From Singulisphaera sp. GP187 (GTDB lineage: Bacteria > Planctomycetota > GCA-002687715), in contig CAMDTN010000007.1 of assembly GCA_945907755.1 (NCBI GenBank), positions 856 to 64,855 on the forward strand: DNA of 64,000 nt, given 5' to 3'. Shown here in pieces: positions 10,362 to 19,096 of the stretch (position 1 is the stretch's first letter; the number at the start of each line of letters is the position of its first letter). Below the pieces are notes generated by a model. That model had not been told where the DNA came from and ran no database searches. It worked only from the letters and a program-made list of their open reading frames with translations. Both the position numbers and the translations under genes were made by a program.

Positions 10362-11515
10362 CCGATCCGCGCTACGGGTTTTCGACGCGTGCCGTGCATG
10401 CCGATGGCTTGCCGCGGCTGGCGGGCGAAGTGGCACCGGCGCTGCATTTGTCGACCACTTTTGCGCGCGGGTCTGATGGTGCACTTGAAGGGGCACATTT
10501 GTACGCGCGCCTCAGCAATCCCAACCGTGACGCGGTAGAGCGCACGCTGGTTGCATTAGAAGGTGGCGCCAACGCGGCGCTGGCCTTTGCTTCTGGCCTC
10601 GCCGCTGCGGATGCGTTGCTGAGCGCTCTGCGTCCGGGCGGTGGCGGCATTCAAGGTGCTCGCGTGGTGGTTGAACAAGGTGCCTACTACGGGGTAATGC
10701 GTCAGTTTCACGCGCTCGCGGCCGCAGGCGTGGAGGTTGTGAGTGCAGACCTCACCGATTCACGAGCAGCGCGTGCCGCATTGACACAACCCTTGCACCT
10801 TGTGTGGTGCGAAACGCCCACCAATCCGTTGCTTGGCATCGCTGACATCGCGCTTGTTGCGTCCCTCGCGCATGCGCAAGGCGCAGCGCTGGTGGTGGAC
10901 AACACCATTGCGACGCCGTTGTTGCAGTCGCCGCTGTTGCTGGGTGCCGATGCGGTGTTGCACGCAGCCACCAAAGCGCTCGGGGGCCACAGCGACCTCA
11001 CTATGGGCGTGCTGCTGTTTGCGGATGCGCGGCATCCGTTGCACATTGCAGCGGCGGCGCAGCGCGACCTCACGGGTGCTGCGCCCTCACCGTTCGATTG
11101 CTGGTTGTTGCAGCGCGGGCTGGCTACGGCGGCGTTGCGCGTTCGCGCGCAGGAAGCGAATGCGCGGGCGGTGGCGGAATACTTGTGCGGTCATGCGGCG
11201 GTGCTCGAAGTGATTTGGCCGGGGCTCGCGGCGCATGCCGCTGCGGGCATCGTGGCGCAGCAGATGCGCGGCGGCGGGTCGCTGGTGTCTGTGCGTTTGC
11301 GTGGTGGCGACGAAGGCGCAGCGCGTTTCATGGCGGCCTTGCAACTCTTCACGCGCGCCACCAGCTTTGGTGGCGTGCATTCCCTCGCCGAACACCGCTG
11401 GCGCGTGGAGGGTGCGCAGAGCCGCACGCCCCACGACCTCGTGCGCCTCGCACTCGGCATCGAAGACCCCGCCGACCTCCTGCGCGACCTGGCCCATGCC
11501 CTGTCGGCCTGTTGA
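10358..11515 (+). CDS. Cystathionine gamma-synthase/lyase family PLP enzyme (MetB/MetC family)
   Basis: YARLSNPN, FASGLAA, ETPTNP, VDNT, ATKALGGHSD, TSFGGVHSL, RLALGIED; ATGA overlap with the upstream gene. Confidence 0.9.
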   Translation: MTDPRYGFSTRAVHADGLPRLAGEVAPALHLSTTFARGSDGALEGAHLYARLSNPNRDAVERTLVALEGGANAALAFASGLAAADALLSALRPGGGGIQGARVVVEQGAYYGVMRQFHALAAAGVEVVSADLTDSRAARAALTQPLHLVWCETPTNPLLGIADIALVASLAHAQGAALVVDNTIATPLLQSPLLLGADAVLHAATKALGGHSDLTMGVLLFADARHPLHIAAAAQRDLTGAAPSPFDCWLLQRGLATAALRVRAQEANARAVAEYLCGHAAVLEVIWPGLAAHAAAGIVAQQMRGGGSLVSVRLRGGDEGAARFMAALQLFTRATSFGGVHSLAEHRWRVEGAQSRTPHDLVRLALGIEDPADLLRDLAHALSAC

Positions 11516-11670
11516 AGCCACATTCCCGTTCCTCGCGCCTACGCTGGGCCGCGCCTCCTGCTGCGCTGGGCCTCCAAATGGTCTCAGACCAGCGGACCCA
11601 TTGTTTTCAAAAAGTTAGATTTCGATAATATGGTCGGCGGCTGTTTTCACGGCCGCAAGTAAGGAAACCA

Positions 11671-12849
11671 ATGAGTGCACGCAGCAAGCGTCTACCGAAT
11701 GGCCGAAAAATCCGCTGCCCCAGCGGTTATCACGCCTATGTGCCGGCACCGCTGCCGCCGCACATCGCTTGGAATGCTGTGTTAGCAACGGCACTTTCGC
11801 GCGCAGACCGCGCCATTGGTCGACTCGCGGGAGAAGGTAGGCGTCTGGCAAATCCGCACATGCTCATTAGGCCATTCGTGCGGAGGGAGGCCGTGCTCTC
11901 CAGCCGCATCGAGGGCACTCAAGCAACCTTGGGGGAGCTGCTTGCCGCGGAGTCTGGGGCCATTGTTGATCGCAGTCCGGAAGATTTGCGCGAGGTCGGC
12001 AACTATGTGATTGCGTTGGAACATGGAGTTCGCCGGTTGTCTGCTTTGCCGCTTTCGTTGCGCCTCGTGAAGGAGCTTCATGAGAAGCTGATGCGAGGAG
12101 TGCGTGGCAACGCTGCGGCTCCAGGCGAATTCAGGCGAACTCAGAACTGGATTGGCCCAGGCGGATGCTCGCTCACAAACGCCACCTATGTGCCGCCGCC
12201 CGCCGACACGCTCGCCGACTGCCTTGGCGCGTGGGAGCTCTTCCTGCACGACGCAGCGTTGCCGCCGCTAGTGCATGCTGCGCTGGCGCATGCGCAGTTC
12301 GAGGCGATTCATCCGTTCCTTGATGGCAACGGGCGAGCGGGGCGCCTGCTCATCACCCTGCTGTTGGTGGAGAAGGAAGTTCTCCCTGCGCCGCTACTGT
12401 ATTTGAGCGCGTACTTCGAGGCCACGCGCCAAGAGTATTACGCACGGTTGCTTGCGATCACCGAGCGAGGCGAGTGGGAGGAATGGCTCGAGTACTTTCT
12501 GCGAGGCGTTGCTGAGCAGTCCGAAGACGCTCTCAGCCGGATTCAGAGAATTGAGGCGCGCTTGCTTGAGTGGCGCAAGCGCCTATCCACGCTATCCACA
12601 CGCTTGCCTGAGCGCGCATTGGACCTATTCGTCGAAAACCCCTACTGGACGGTGAACAAACTGGCAGAGAGGATGGAAGTGGCTTTCACGACCGCGCAGC
12701 GTGCGGTCGACCGGTTGGAGTCAGTTGGCGTTGTTGCGCTGACGGCCGAGACCAAGCGCAATCGGGTCTACTGCGCGCAGAGCATCCTCACCATTCTTGA
12801 AGAGCCGACACGGATGTCCGGAGCCAAGAACTCGCGCCGCGCTCGGTGA
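11671..12849 (+). CDS. Fic family protein with N-terminal EAVLSSRIEG motif and C-terminal wHTH
   Basis: Canonical HPFLDGNGRAGR active site; GEFRRTQNWIG. Confidence 0.93.
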   Translation: MSARSKRLPNGRKIRCPSGYHAYVPAPLPPHIAWNAVLATALSRADRAIGRLAGEGRRLANPHMLIRPFVRREAVLSSRIEGTQATLGELLAAESGAIVDRSPEDLREVGNYVIALEHGVRRLSALPLSLRLVKELHEKLMRGVRGNAAAPGEFRRTQNWIGPGGCSLTNATYVPPPADTLADCLGAWELFLHDAALPPLVHAALAHAQFEAIHPFLDGNGRAGRLLITLLLVEKEVLPAPLLYLSAYFEATRQEYYARLLAITERGEWEEWLEYFLRGVAEQSEDALSRIQRIEARLLEWRKRLSTLSTRLPERALDLFVENPYWTVNKLAERMEVAFTTAQRAVDRLESVGVVALTAETKRNRVYCAQSILTILEEPTRMSGAKNSRRAR

Positions 12850-12931
12850 GCAGTGTTGGTAGCTGGCGCCAGAGCATTCGACGCGTCGCATGTCAACGAG
12901 CAGTGCATCGGGAGCGACGGTAGCTGGCGTA

Positions 12932-14671
12932 CTATTTAGGCAGAGTGAAGGACACGACGCGCACGCTGAGTGCGCCGGAGTTGTCGGTATGGCCATTGTC
13001 GTTGCAGCGGGCCATCAGGCTGCCACCAGGAGAAGGCGCTGCTTCATCATCCTGCCCACTGCAGAGAATCTGATTGTCCATCGACACGAGCAGTGCACCT
13101 GTTTTGTGGCCTGAGTACAGACAATAGTCACCCCAGCCGTCGAATCCTTCGACGCCACACGATCCGATAAATGTCCCAATGGTCCATGTCCCGCTTGCGC
13201 GGACAAAAATGTAGTCGCCCGCCTTGGCTGCGATGCCTAGCGCCTGCCACTCGCCGTTGGCATAAACGCTGACCGTTACATCACGCAATGAGGACCGCAT
13301 GGCATCTGCCTCGGCAGCAGCGTCTTTCAACTTGTGCCGTTTGGTGGCGAGGAAGGCTCTCGCATCGATCACGGCTGACTCTCCATGAAGGGTTGGCTGA
13401 CTTTCAAGGTGCGCTGACAAGTCATCGAGGAGCGGCGTAATCACGGTAGTAGCTTCGTCGACCTTTGAGCGCATGCTCACGACTGTCGCGACAACCTGCT
13501 TGACATCCCAAAAATCGTCACCTGTTGGCCTGAGCGCAGTCCAAACTCCGTCGAGTTTTCTCTCAGCCGATTCGAACCCTGTGGTGATACTTGCGCGTTT
13601 CTCACGGATCTTCTCAAGAAACGCTGTGGCATTGTGTGCCGTAGCCTTCTTGATGAAATCTGCATGGAGGGCATCCGCTTCAGCCGCGGTGTTCTTGAGT
13701 TTTTGCCTAGCGGATTCAATGAAGCTGCGTACAGCGGTCACGGGTGGCTCGTTGGAGTAGTCGGGTTGGTCAGCGATGAACGCGGCCAAGTCGTCGAGCA
13801 GCGGAGAGATGCGGCCCTGCCCATCAGCGATCTTGTCGCGCAGGTCTTTGAACGTAGCGACGATCTCATTCAGGTTCCCGACAGCGCCCTTGCCATCTTC
13901 TGCGAGCTTGCGCAGTGCATCCCAGCGGCGGTCGAGCGTTTCGATCTCTGCTGCGGTGGTGTTTCGCTTCTCGCCGAGTTTTCGAGCGAAGAGCGCGGGG
14001 TCAAGCACCTTCACAAGGACGGGAAACGCGGTGACTGGTGCGGTCCATACATGTTCTGCGGTGACTGTGAGGCGACCAGACAAGTCGCGAGAGATTTCGG
14101 CGGGATTGGCACCAACAAGGACCGTCGCAGGAGTGACACCACTGCGGGGCTCGATGGAAAGCCATGAATCCTCTGTGCTGATCTTCCAAGTGAGGCCGGG
14201 ATTGCCGGCGCTCTCGAGCACGAGCTTCGTCGTGGTCAGCGCGGTGTCACCCTTCCTCAGCGTGACTTCGATAGTGGCAGTCGGCGTCGCCCTCAGCTTC
14301 CCCAAGAGCGTGTACTGAATGGGCACAGCGATGCGCTGCTCGCCCGCTGTGAACGCGATGCTCGCAGTGTTCTGCCCGTAGGCGAGTGCAGCGACGAGGA
14401 ATGTGACGGTGATGCGAGCTGGCGTTCCACCTCTCGAATGACTGAGTTGCACAAAGGGTGCCGCGCAGCTTGCGGACCATTGCACGCTCTTTTCAGATGC
14501 TGAGCAATTGAGCTCGATGTCGATGCTTGTTGGTGGGACCACTGTGGAATCATCGAGGCGCCCTTCGTACTGGACTTTGTCCGCAGACAGCGTCAGCAGC
14601 AGCGGATCAGAGCAGCTCACCAAGCAGGCTGCCACACCCATGGCGAACGACATTCTCAAGAGTGTGTTCAT
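12932..14671 (-). CDS. Lipoprotein: BACON/Ig-like domains, duplicated helical region, C-terminal lectin-like (LecA/PA-IL-like) domain
   Basis: GGAGGT RBS; LVS-C lipobox; WLSIEPRSG BACON-like motif; WQALG..GD..VRASGTW...GAL...ND...DNSGALSV C-terminus. Confidence 0.65.
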   Translation of the reverse strand: MNTLLRMSFAMGVAACLVSCSDPLLLTLSADKVQYEGRLDDSTVVPPTSIDIELNCSASEKSVQWSASCAAPFVQLSHSRGGTPARITVTFLVAALAYGQNTASIAFTAGEQRIAVPIQYTLLGKLRATPTATIEVTLRKGDTALTTTKLVLESAGNPGLTWKISTEDSWLSIEPRSGVTPATVLVGANPAEISRDLSGRLTVTAEHVWTAPVTAFPVLVKVLDPALFARKLGEKRNTTAAEIETLDRRWDALRKLAEDGKGAVGNLNEIVATFKDLRDKIADGQGRISPLLDDLAAFIADQPDYSNEPPVTAVRSFIESARQKLKNTAAEADALHADFIKKATAHNATAFLEKIREKRASITTGFESAERKLDGVWTALRPTGDDFWDVKQVVATVVSMRSKVDEATTVITPLLDDLSAHLESQPTLHGESAVIDARAFLATKRHKLKDAAAEADAMRSSLRDVTVSVYANGEWQALGIAAKAGDYIFVRASGTWTIGTFIGSCGVEGFDGWGDYCLYSGHKTGALLVSMDNQILCSGQDDEAAPSPGGSLMARCNDNGHTDNSGALSVRVVSFTLPK

Positions 14672-14833
14672 GTGATCTACCTCCAATCTGGCGGATCTGT
14701 GCCAGATGCCTCGTTTCGGCCCCAGAGCATAGACGACCTGTAACGTGCAGAGGGGGGTAGCCCAAATGGGTTGGCATGGCCCCCGGGTGGCGGATTAGAA
14801 TCCCCCGTCACCACTTTGCAGCAGGAGCCCCCA

Positions 14834-16741
14834 ATGAAGTTTTCGAAGCGCGCGGTTTGCGCAGTGTTTGCCTTTGTTTGCAGCGCATCATTCTGTGGTG
14901 CTCAGATCTGGGTGCAGCAAGCGGGCGCCGTGCCGGGGCCCGTGACCATGACCGAAGGCTGCATCGCCGCAGACTTGGATGGGGACGGCGACAAGGATGT
15001 GCTTTTTGCTAACGGCTATGTGCTGAGCAGCGCTGGCAGCGCCGCGGTGTTGCCCACACTGTTGATCAACAAGTTCAACCTTGCGTTGGGTTTGGTGGAT
15101 GAAAGCGCTGCGCGCTTGCCGGCAACGCTGCTGAAGGCGACTCAAGTGATTGCGGTGGACATTGAGCGCGATGGAGATCTGGACCTTGTCATCACCTGCA
15201 ACGGACCCACCCAGCAGAGGCTTTATCTGAACAACGGCGTAGGCGTGTTCACTGATGTTTCGGTGGCGCGCTTGGGTGTGTTCAGCGCGGTGTGCAACTG
15301 CGCAGTGGCCGGCGATGTGGAACAAGACGGCGACCTCGACCTGTTCTTCAACGACGGCGCCACCAATGGGCAGTTGAAACTGTTCCTGAACAACGGGCTT
15401 GGCTTCTTCACCAACGTCACCGCGACACATGTTGCCGTTGCGCCCAAGACCAATCAGCAAGATGTGGTCCTTTGCGACATCGACAACGACTGGGACTTAG
15501 ATGTGGTGAACACCGGCAAGAGCGCCGGGCAACAGATTTTCTTCAACGACGGCACCGGGCACTTCACTGTGAACAGCGCATTGCTGCCGGCGGGAACCAC
15601 GTTGACTTACGAAACCGATGTGTGCGACTTGGATTCCGACGGCGACATGGACATGTGCTTTCTGTCCACTAGCGGCTTCACCGATGCCGTGTTGCGCAAC
15701 AATCTCATTCCCAGTGGCACTTTGAGTTTTACTGCCCAATCAACTTTCTTCACCGGCAGCAACGGTTTCGACGACAACGAGTTTGTTTACGCCGATTCCG
15801 ACAACGATGGCGACTTGGATGTTGTCATTGGTTCGCTGACGGCTACGCAAGAGCGTCTGTATGTGAACAACGGCGCCTTCAGTTTCGCGAACAGCACCAC
15901 GGGATTCTCAATGGTTTCTGATTCCACTTTGGATGTGGCCTGCGCAGACCTGAATAATGACGGCAAGCTAGACATGGTCACGGCGCAGGGAGAATCCGGC
16001 AATTTCTTGAACAGGCTGTATTTGGGCACAGTGCTCGACACACAGCCAGCGCGAGCGCTGCGGCTCCGCGGACCCGAGGGCGCACGGGCGGCGGGGGATT
16101 CGCGCCGAGTCCAAGTGGTCTTGCATGATTCGGCAGTTGACGACGGTGAAACCTCCGTGCGTTTGGTAAATCTCGTCGGCACAGTCACGCACCGCAGCGG
16201 CGTGGCGAGCTTCTCGGTGCCCATGACCATGATGGGTGGATTTCTGTGGAACGGCGAAGTGCCAATTCCAGGTGGCGTGGTGTTGATGGGCGCGAGTGTG
16301 AGTTGGTCGGTCAGCGTCACGGACCATGCTGGCAATGTGCTGGTCACTCCTGCGCGCAATTTCCATGTCTGCGGCGCAGAGGCTTACGGGCCAGGCGGCG
16401 TCGTTGGTGGTGTGAACGCGTTGAGCCTGAATGGCAGCGGCGCAACGGCGGGGCAGCAATTGATGCTGGCTTGGACTGGATTCCCACTGGACGCAGGGCT
16501 GCTCGTGCTGGCCGGGGAGCGCGGCGCACTGCCCTACTTCACCGGAACGATTCTTGTGGATCCTGCAACGATCATCGACTACTTCCCAGCTCTGTTCGAC
16601 GGCGCTGGTGTCGGCGGTTTGTCAGTGGGGCTGCCGCCGGGCCCTGCGCTCGCAGGCTTGCGCTTGGACTTGCAAGTGCTGCAAGTGTCCGCGGGCTCTG
16701 TGTTCCTCAGCAACGGCCTCGAACTCGTCATCTGTCCTTGA
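14834..16741 (+). CDS. Secreted FG-GAP/VCBS repeat beta-propeller protein
   Basis: AGGAG RBS, signal peptide, seven DxDxDGDxD Ca-binding repeats. Confidence 0.88.
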   Translation: MKFSKRAVCAVFAFVCSASFCGAQIWVQQAGAVPGPVTMTEGCIAADLDGDGDKDVLFANGYVLSSAGSAAVLPTLLINKFNLALGLVDESAARLPATLLKATQVIAVDIERDGDLDLVITCNGPTQQRLYLNNGVGVFTDVSVARLGVFSAVCNCAVAGDVEQDGDLDLFFNDGATNGQLKLFLNNGLGFFTNVTATHVAVAPKTNQQDVVLCDIDNDWDLDVVNTGKSAGQQIFFNDGTGHFTVNSALLPAGTTLTYETDVCDLDSDGDMDMCFLSTSGFTDAVLRNNLIPSGTLSFTAQSTFFTGSNGFDDNEFVYADSDNDGDLDVVIGSLTATQERLYVNNGAFSFANSTTGFSMVSDSTLDVACADLNNDGKLDMVTAQGESGNFLNRLYLGTVLDTQPARALRLRGPEGARAAGDSRRVQVVLHDSAVDDGETSVRLVNLVGTVTHRSGVASFSVPMTMMGGFLWNGEVPIPGGVVLMGASVSWSVSVTDHAGNVLVTPARNFHVCGAEAYGPGGVVGGVNALSLNGSGATAGQQLMLAWTGFPLDAGLLVLAGERGALPYFTGTILVDPATIIDYFPALFDGAGVGGLSVGLPPGPALAGLRLDLQVLQVSAGSVFLSNGLELVICP

Positions 16742-16763
16742 AGTCTGGCGCCACGATGCGCGT

Positions 16764-18638
16764 TCACCCGCCGAGCTTCGATTCCAATTCTTGCCAGCGC
16801 GCATAGAGCGCAGCGACCAGTGCGTTTGCGCTGTCGAGCGTTTTGCACGCGGCGGCCAGCTTCACATGATCTGTGGCCACAGTAGGATCGCTCACTCGAA
16901 CTTCAGCTTCGGCGTGCGCGCGTTCTGCCGCCATCACGGCCGCTTCCATGCCGTCCATTTCGCGTTGTTCTTTGAAGCTCAGTTTGCGCCGGGTGGAGGC
17001 GTTTGTCGGCGAAGTTTCGGCAGCATTCGCGGCGCGCGTCGCATCTGCGCGCATGGGCTCCTGCGCTTTGCGTTCTGCTCGTTCGAGCACAATAAGCGCC
17101 TGATCCAAACTCGTGACGGTTGCAACTGAAGCATCGTGCGCGCCGACGACCGTGATGGTCTGCGCCAATCTCTCCAGCATCGTGCGATCGTGCGTGACGA
17201 GCAACACGGCGCCCGGGAAAGAATCGACCGAATCTTCCAGAACTTCGAGGGTGGAAATGTCGAGGTCGTTTGTCGGTTCGTCGAGCACCAGAATGTCCGC
17301 GGGCTGGAGCATCATGCGCGCGATGTGCGCTCGGGCACGCTCGCCGCCAGATAAGTTTCCGACCGATTGCGACAGTTGGGCATCTTGAAACAAGAAGCGC
17401 CGCGCCCACGCGGTGATGTGCAACGACTGTCCTTGAAAGTCGACAAAATCGCCGAGCGGGCAGAGGGCCTCTCGTAGCAGCGTCTCGGGCGGGATGTCCG
17501 CGCGTTGTTGCCGCAGCACGACGATACGGGGCCTCGGTTCCGCGAAGCGAAGTGTTCCCGTGTCAGGCTCCAGCTCGCCGCAGAGAATCCGCAGCAGCGT
17601 CGTCTTGCCGCTGCCGTTGAGCCCCATCAAACCTATGCGATCGCCTCGAGCGAGTTCGATATCGAGCGCGCGGAAGAGCGTTCGCCCCGCAAAGCTTTTC
17701 GAGATGCCGTGCGCAGAAACGAGTTTCCGCGTGCGGCGACCACTCGCCGCGAAATCCACGCGCGCGCCGCCTGCGCTCGCGGCCGCGTTGCGCGTGGCAA
17801 GAGCAGCGAGTTCGTCGCGGCGCTCTGCGCTGTCCTCAATGCGTCCTTTCGCCTTTGTGCGCCGTGCTTTCGGACCGCGTGCGAGCCATTTGTCGTCGAT
17901 GCGCACTTCGTTCGAGAGTGCTACTTCCGCGTGGGCTTGCGCCTGCAGAAACTCCTCGCGCCGGCGCAGGAATGCGTCGTAGTTTCCGTTGGCAACGAGC
18001 GTTCCCTGCGGATAGGCGCCACTGAGTTCGATCACCCGCGTTGCGATGCGATTGAGGAAGGTGCGGTCGTGGGTGATGAAGACGCATGCGCCTGCTCGGA
18101 TGTCGTTGGTGTTGCGCTCAAGGAATTGTTCGAGCCAGCGCAGGCCCTCAACATCAAGATGATTCGTGGGTTCGTCCAACAGCAGAAGATCAGGCGCACC
18201 ACCTGCTTCGCAAAGCCCGCACGCAATCGAGAGTCGTTTCTTCCAACCGCCGGACAATCGTTCAGCAGGCTCGTCCATGCGTGCGTCAGGGAAGCCCAAC
18301 TTGCCAAGAATCAGGCACCCAAGCACTTCGGCTTCGTGCGGGTCGCCGTGCACGCTCGCCGCATGCATTGCTGCGGCGGTTGCCGCCGAACGCGGCGTTG
18401 CGTCCGTTGCAAACTCGTCGCGCTGTGGCACATAGACAACGACTGCATCGCGTTGTGTGCGCACGATTCCGTCATCAGGTGGCTCGATGCCGGCCAGTAT
18501 GCGCAGCAGCGTACTTTTGCCTGCGCCATTGGGACCGATGAATCCAATGCGCTCGCCGTCGGCGACGCCGAGCGAAACTCCACGGAAGAGTTCGCGCACT
18601 CCATACGATTTGGAAAGATCAGTGGCAGTGAGGAGCAT
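16764..18638 (-). CDS. uup: ABC-F family ATPase Uup
   Basis: Two ABC cassettes (GPNGAGKS, LSGGW, LDEPTNHLD; GLNGSGKT, LSGGE, LDEPTNDLD), WL.RGPKARRTK linker, KLSFKEQRE C-terminus. Confidence 0.88.
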   Translation of the reverse strand: MLLTATDLSKSYGVRELFRGVSLGVADGERIGFIGPNGAGKSTLLRILAGIEPPDDGIVRTQRDAVVVYVPQRDEFATDATPRSAATAAAMHAASVHGDPHEAEVLGCLILGKLGFPDARMDEPAERLSGGWKKRLSIACGLCEAGGAPDLLLLDEPTNHLDVEGLRWLEQFLERNTNDIRAGACVFITHDRTFLNRIATRVIELSGAYPQGTLVANGNYDAFLRRREEFLQAQAHAEVALSNEVRIDDKWLARGPKARRTKAKGRIEDSAERRDELAALATRNAAASAGGARVDFAASGRRTRKLVSAHGISKSFAGRTLFRALDIELARGDRIGLMGLNGSGKTTLLRILCGELEPDTGTLRFAEPRPRIVVLRQQRADIPPETLLREALCPLGDFVDFQGQSLHITAWARRFLFQDAQLSQSVGNLSGGERARAHIARMMLQPADILVLDEPTNDLDISTLEVLEDSVDSFPGAVLLVTHDRTMLERLAQTITVVGAHDASVATVTSLDQALIVLERAERKAQEPMRADATRAANAAETSPTNASTRRKLSFKEQREMDGMEAAVMAAERAHAEAEVRVSDPTVATDHVKLAAACKTLDSANALVAALYARWQELESKLGG

Positions 18639-18684
18639 GTTTCCATCCGGAGCGATACGACGGGGCGGCGCGCCGGCGGTCTCT

Positions 18685-19020
18685 TTAGTGATCGTGGCCG
18701 ACCGGAGTCTGCGCAATGCCCATCAGCAGCACCAGCAATTCGTGCCCACGGTTTTCGACGCTGTGCGGAATGCCCGCGGGCATGAACACGACATCGCCAG
18801 GCTTGGTGTCAAAGCTATCGGTGCCCACGACGAAGTGCCCGCTCCCGCTGTGCACAAAGCTGAACTTGTCTTGCGACGGATGACTATGCAGTGGCTGGAC
18901 TTGTCCGGGCTCAAGCGTGTTGAGCCCGAGGAACAGCGTGCGGCCTTCGAATAGCGTGGCCTTGTAGGGCTTGTCAGCGCGCGATCCCATCGCGTCGGAA
19001 ATGTGTTTTCGCGCTTCCAT
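18685..19020 (-). CDS. Cupin domain protein
   Basis: LEPGQVQPLHSH...PGDVVFMPAGIPHSVEN cupin motifs. Confidence 0.85.
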   Translation of the reverse strand: MEARKHISDAMGSRADKPYKATLFEGRTLFLGLNTLEPGQVQPLHSHPSQDKFSFVHSGSGHFVVGTDSFDTKPGDVVFMPAGIPHSVENRGHELLVLLMGIAQTPVGHDH

Positions 19021-19096
19021 GCCACCAGCATAGCTCTGCGGATCAAGATCGACGCGTTAGGATCCCGCGCACATGAATACAGGAGGTTTCTTGCGC

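Noticed and set aside
11574..14769. CCAAATGG direct repeat flanking the Fic islet as a target-site duplication
   Set aside because: An 8-bp match between two ~150-bp intergenic regions is likely by chance.
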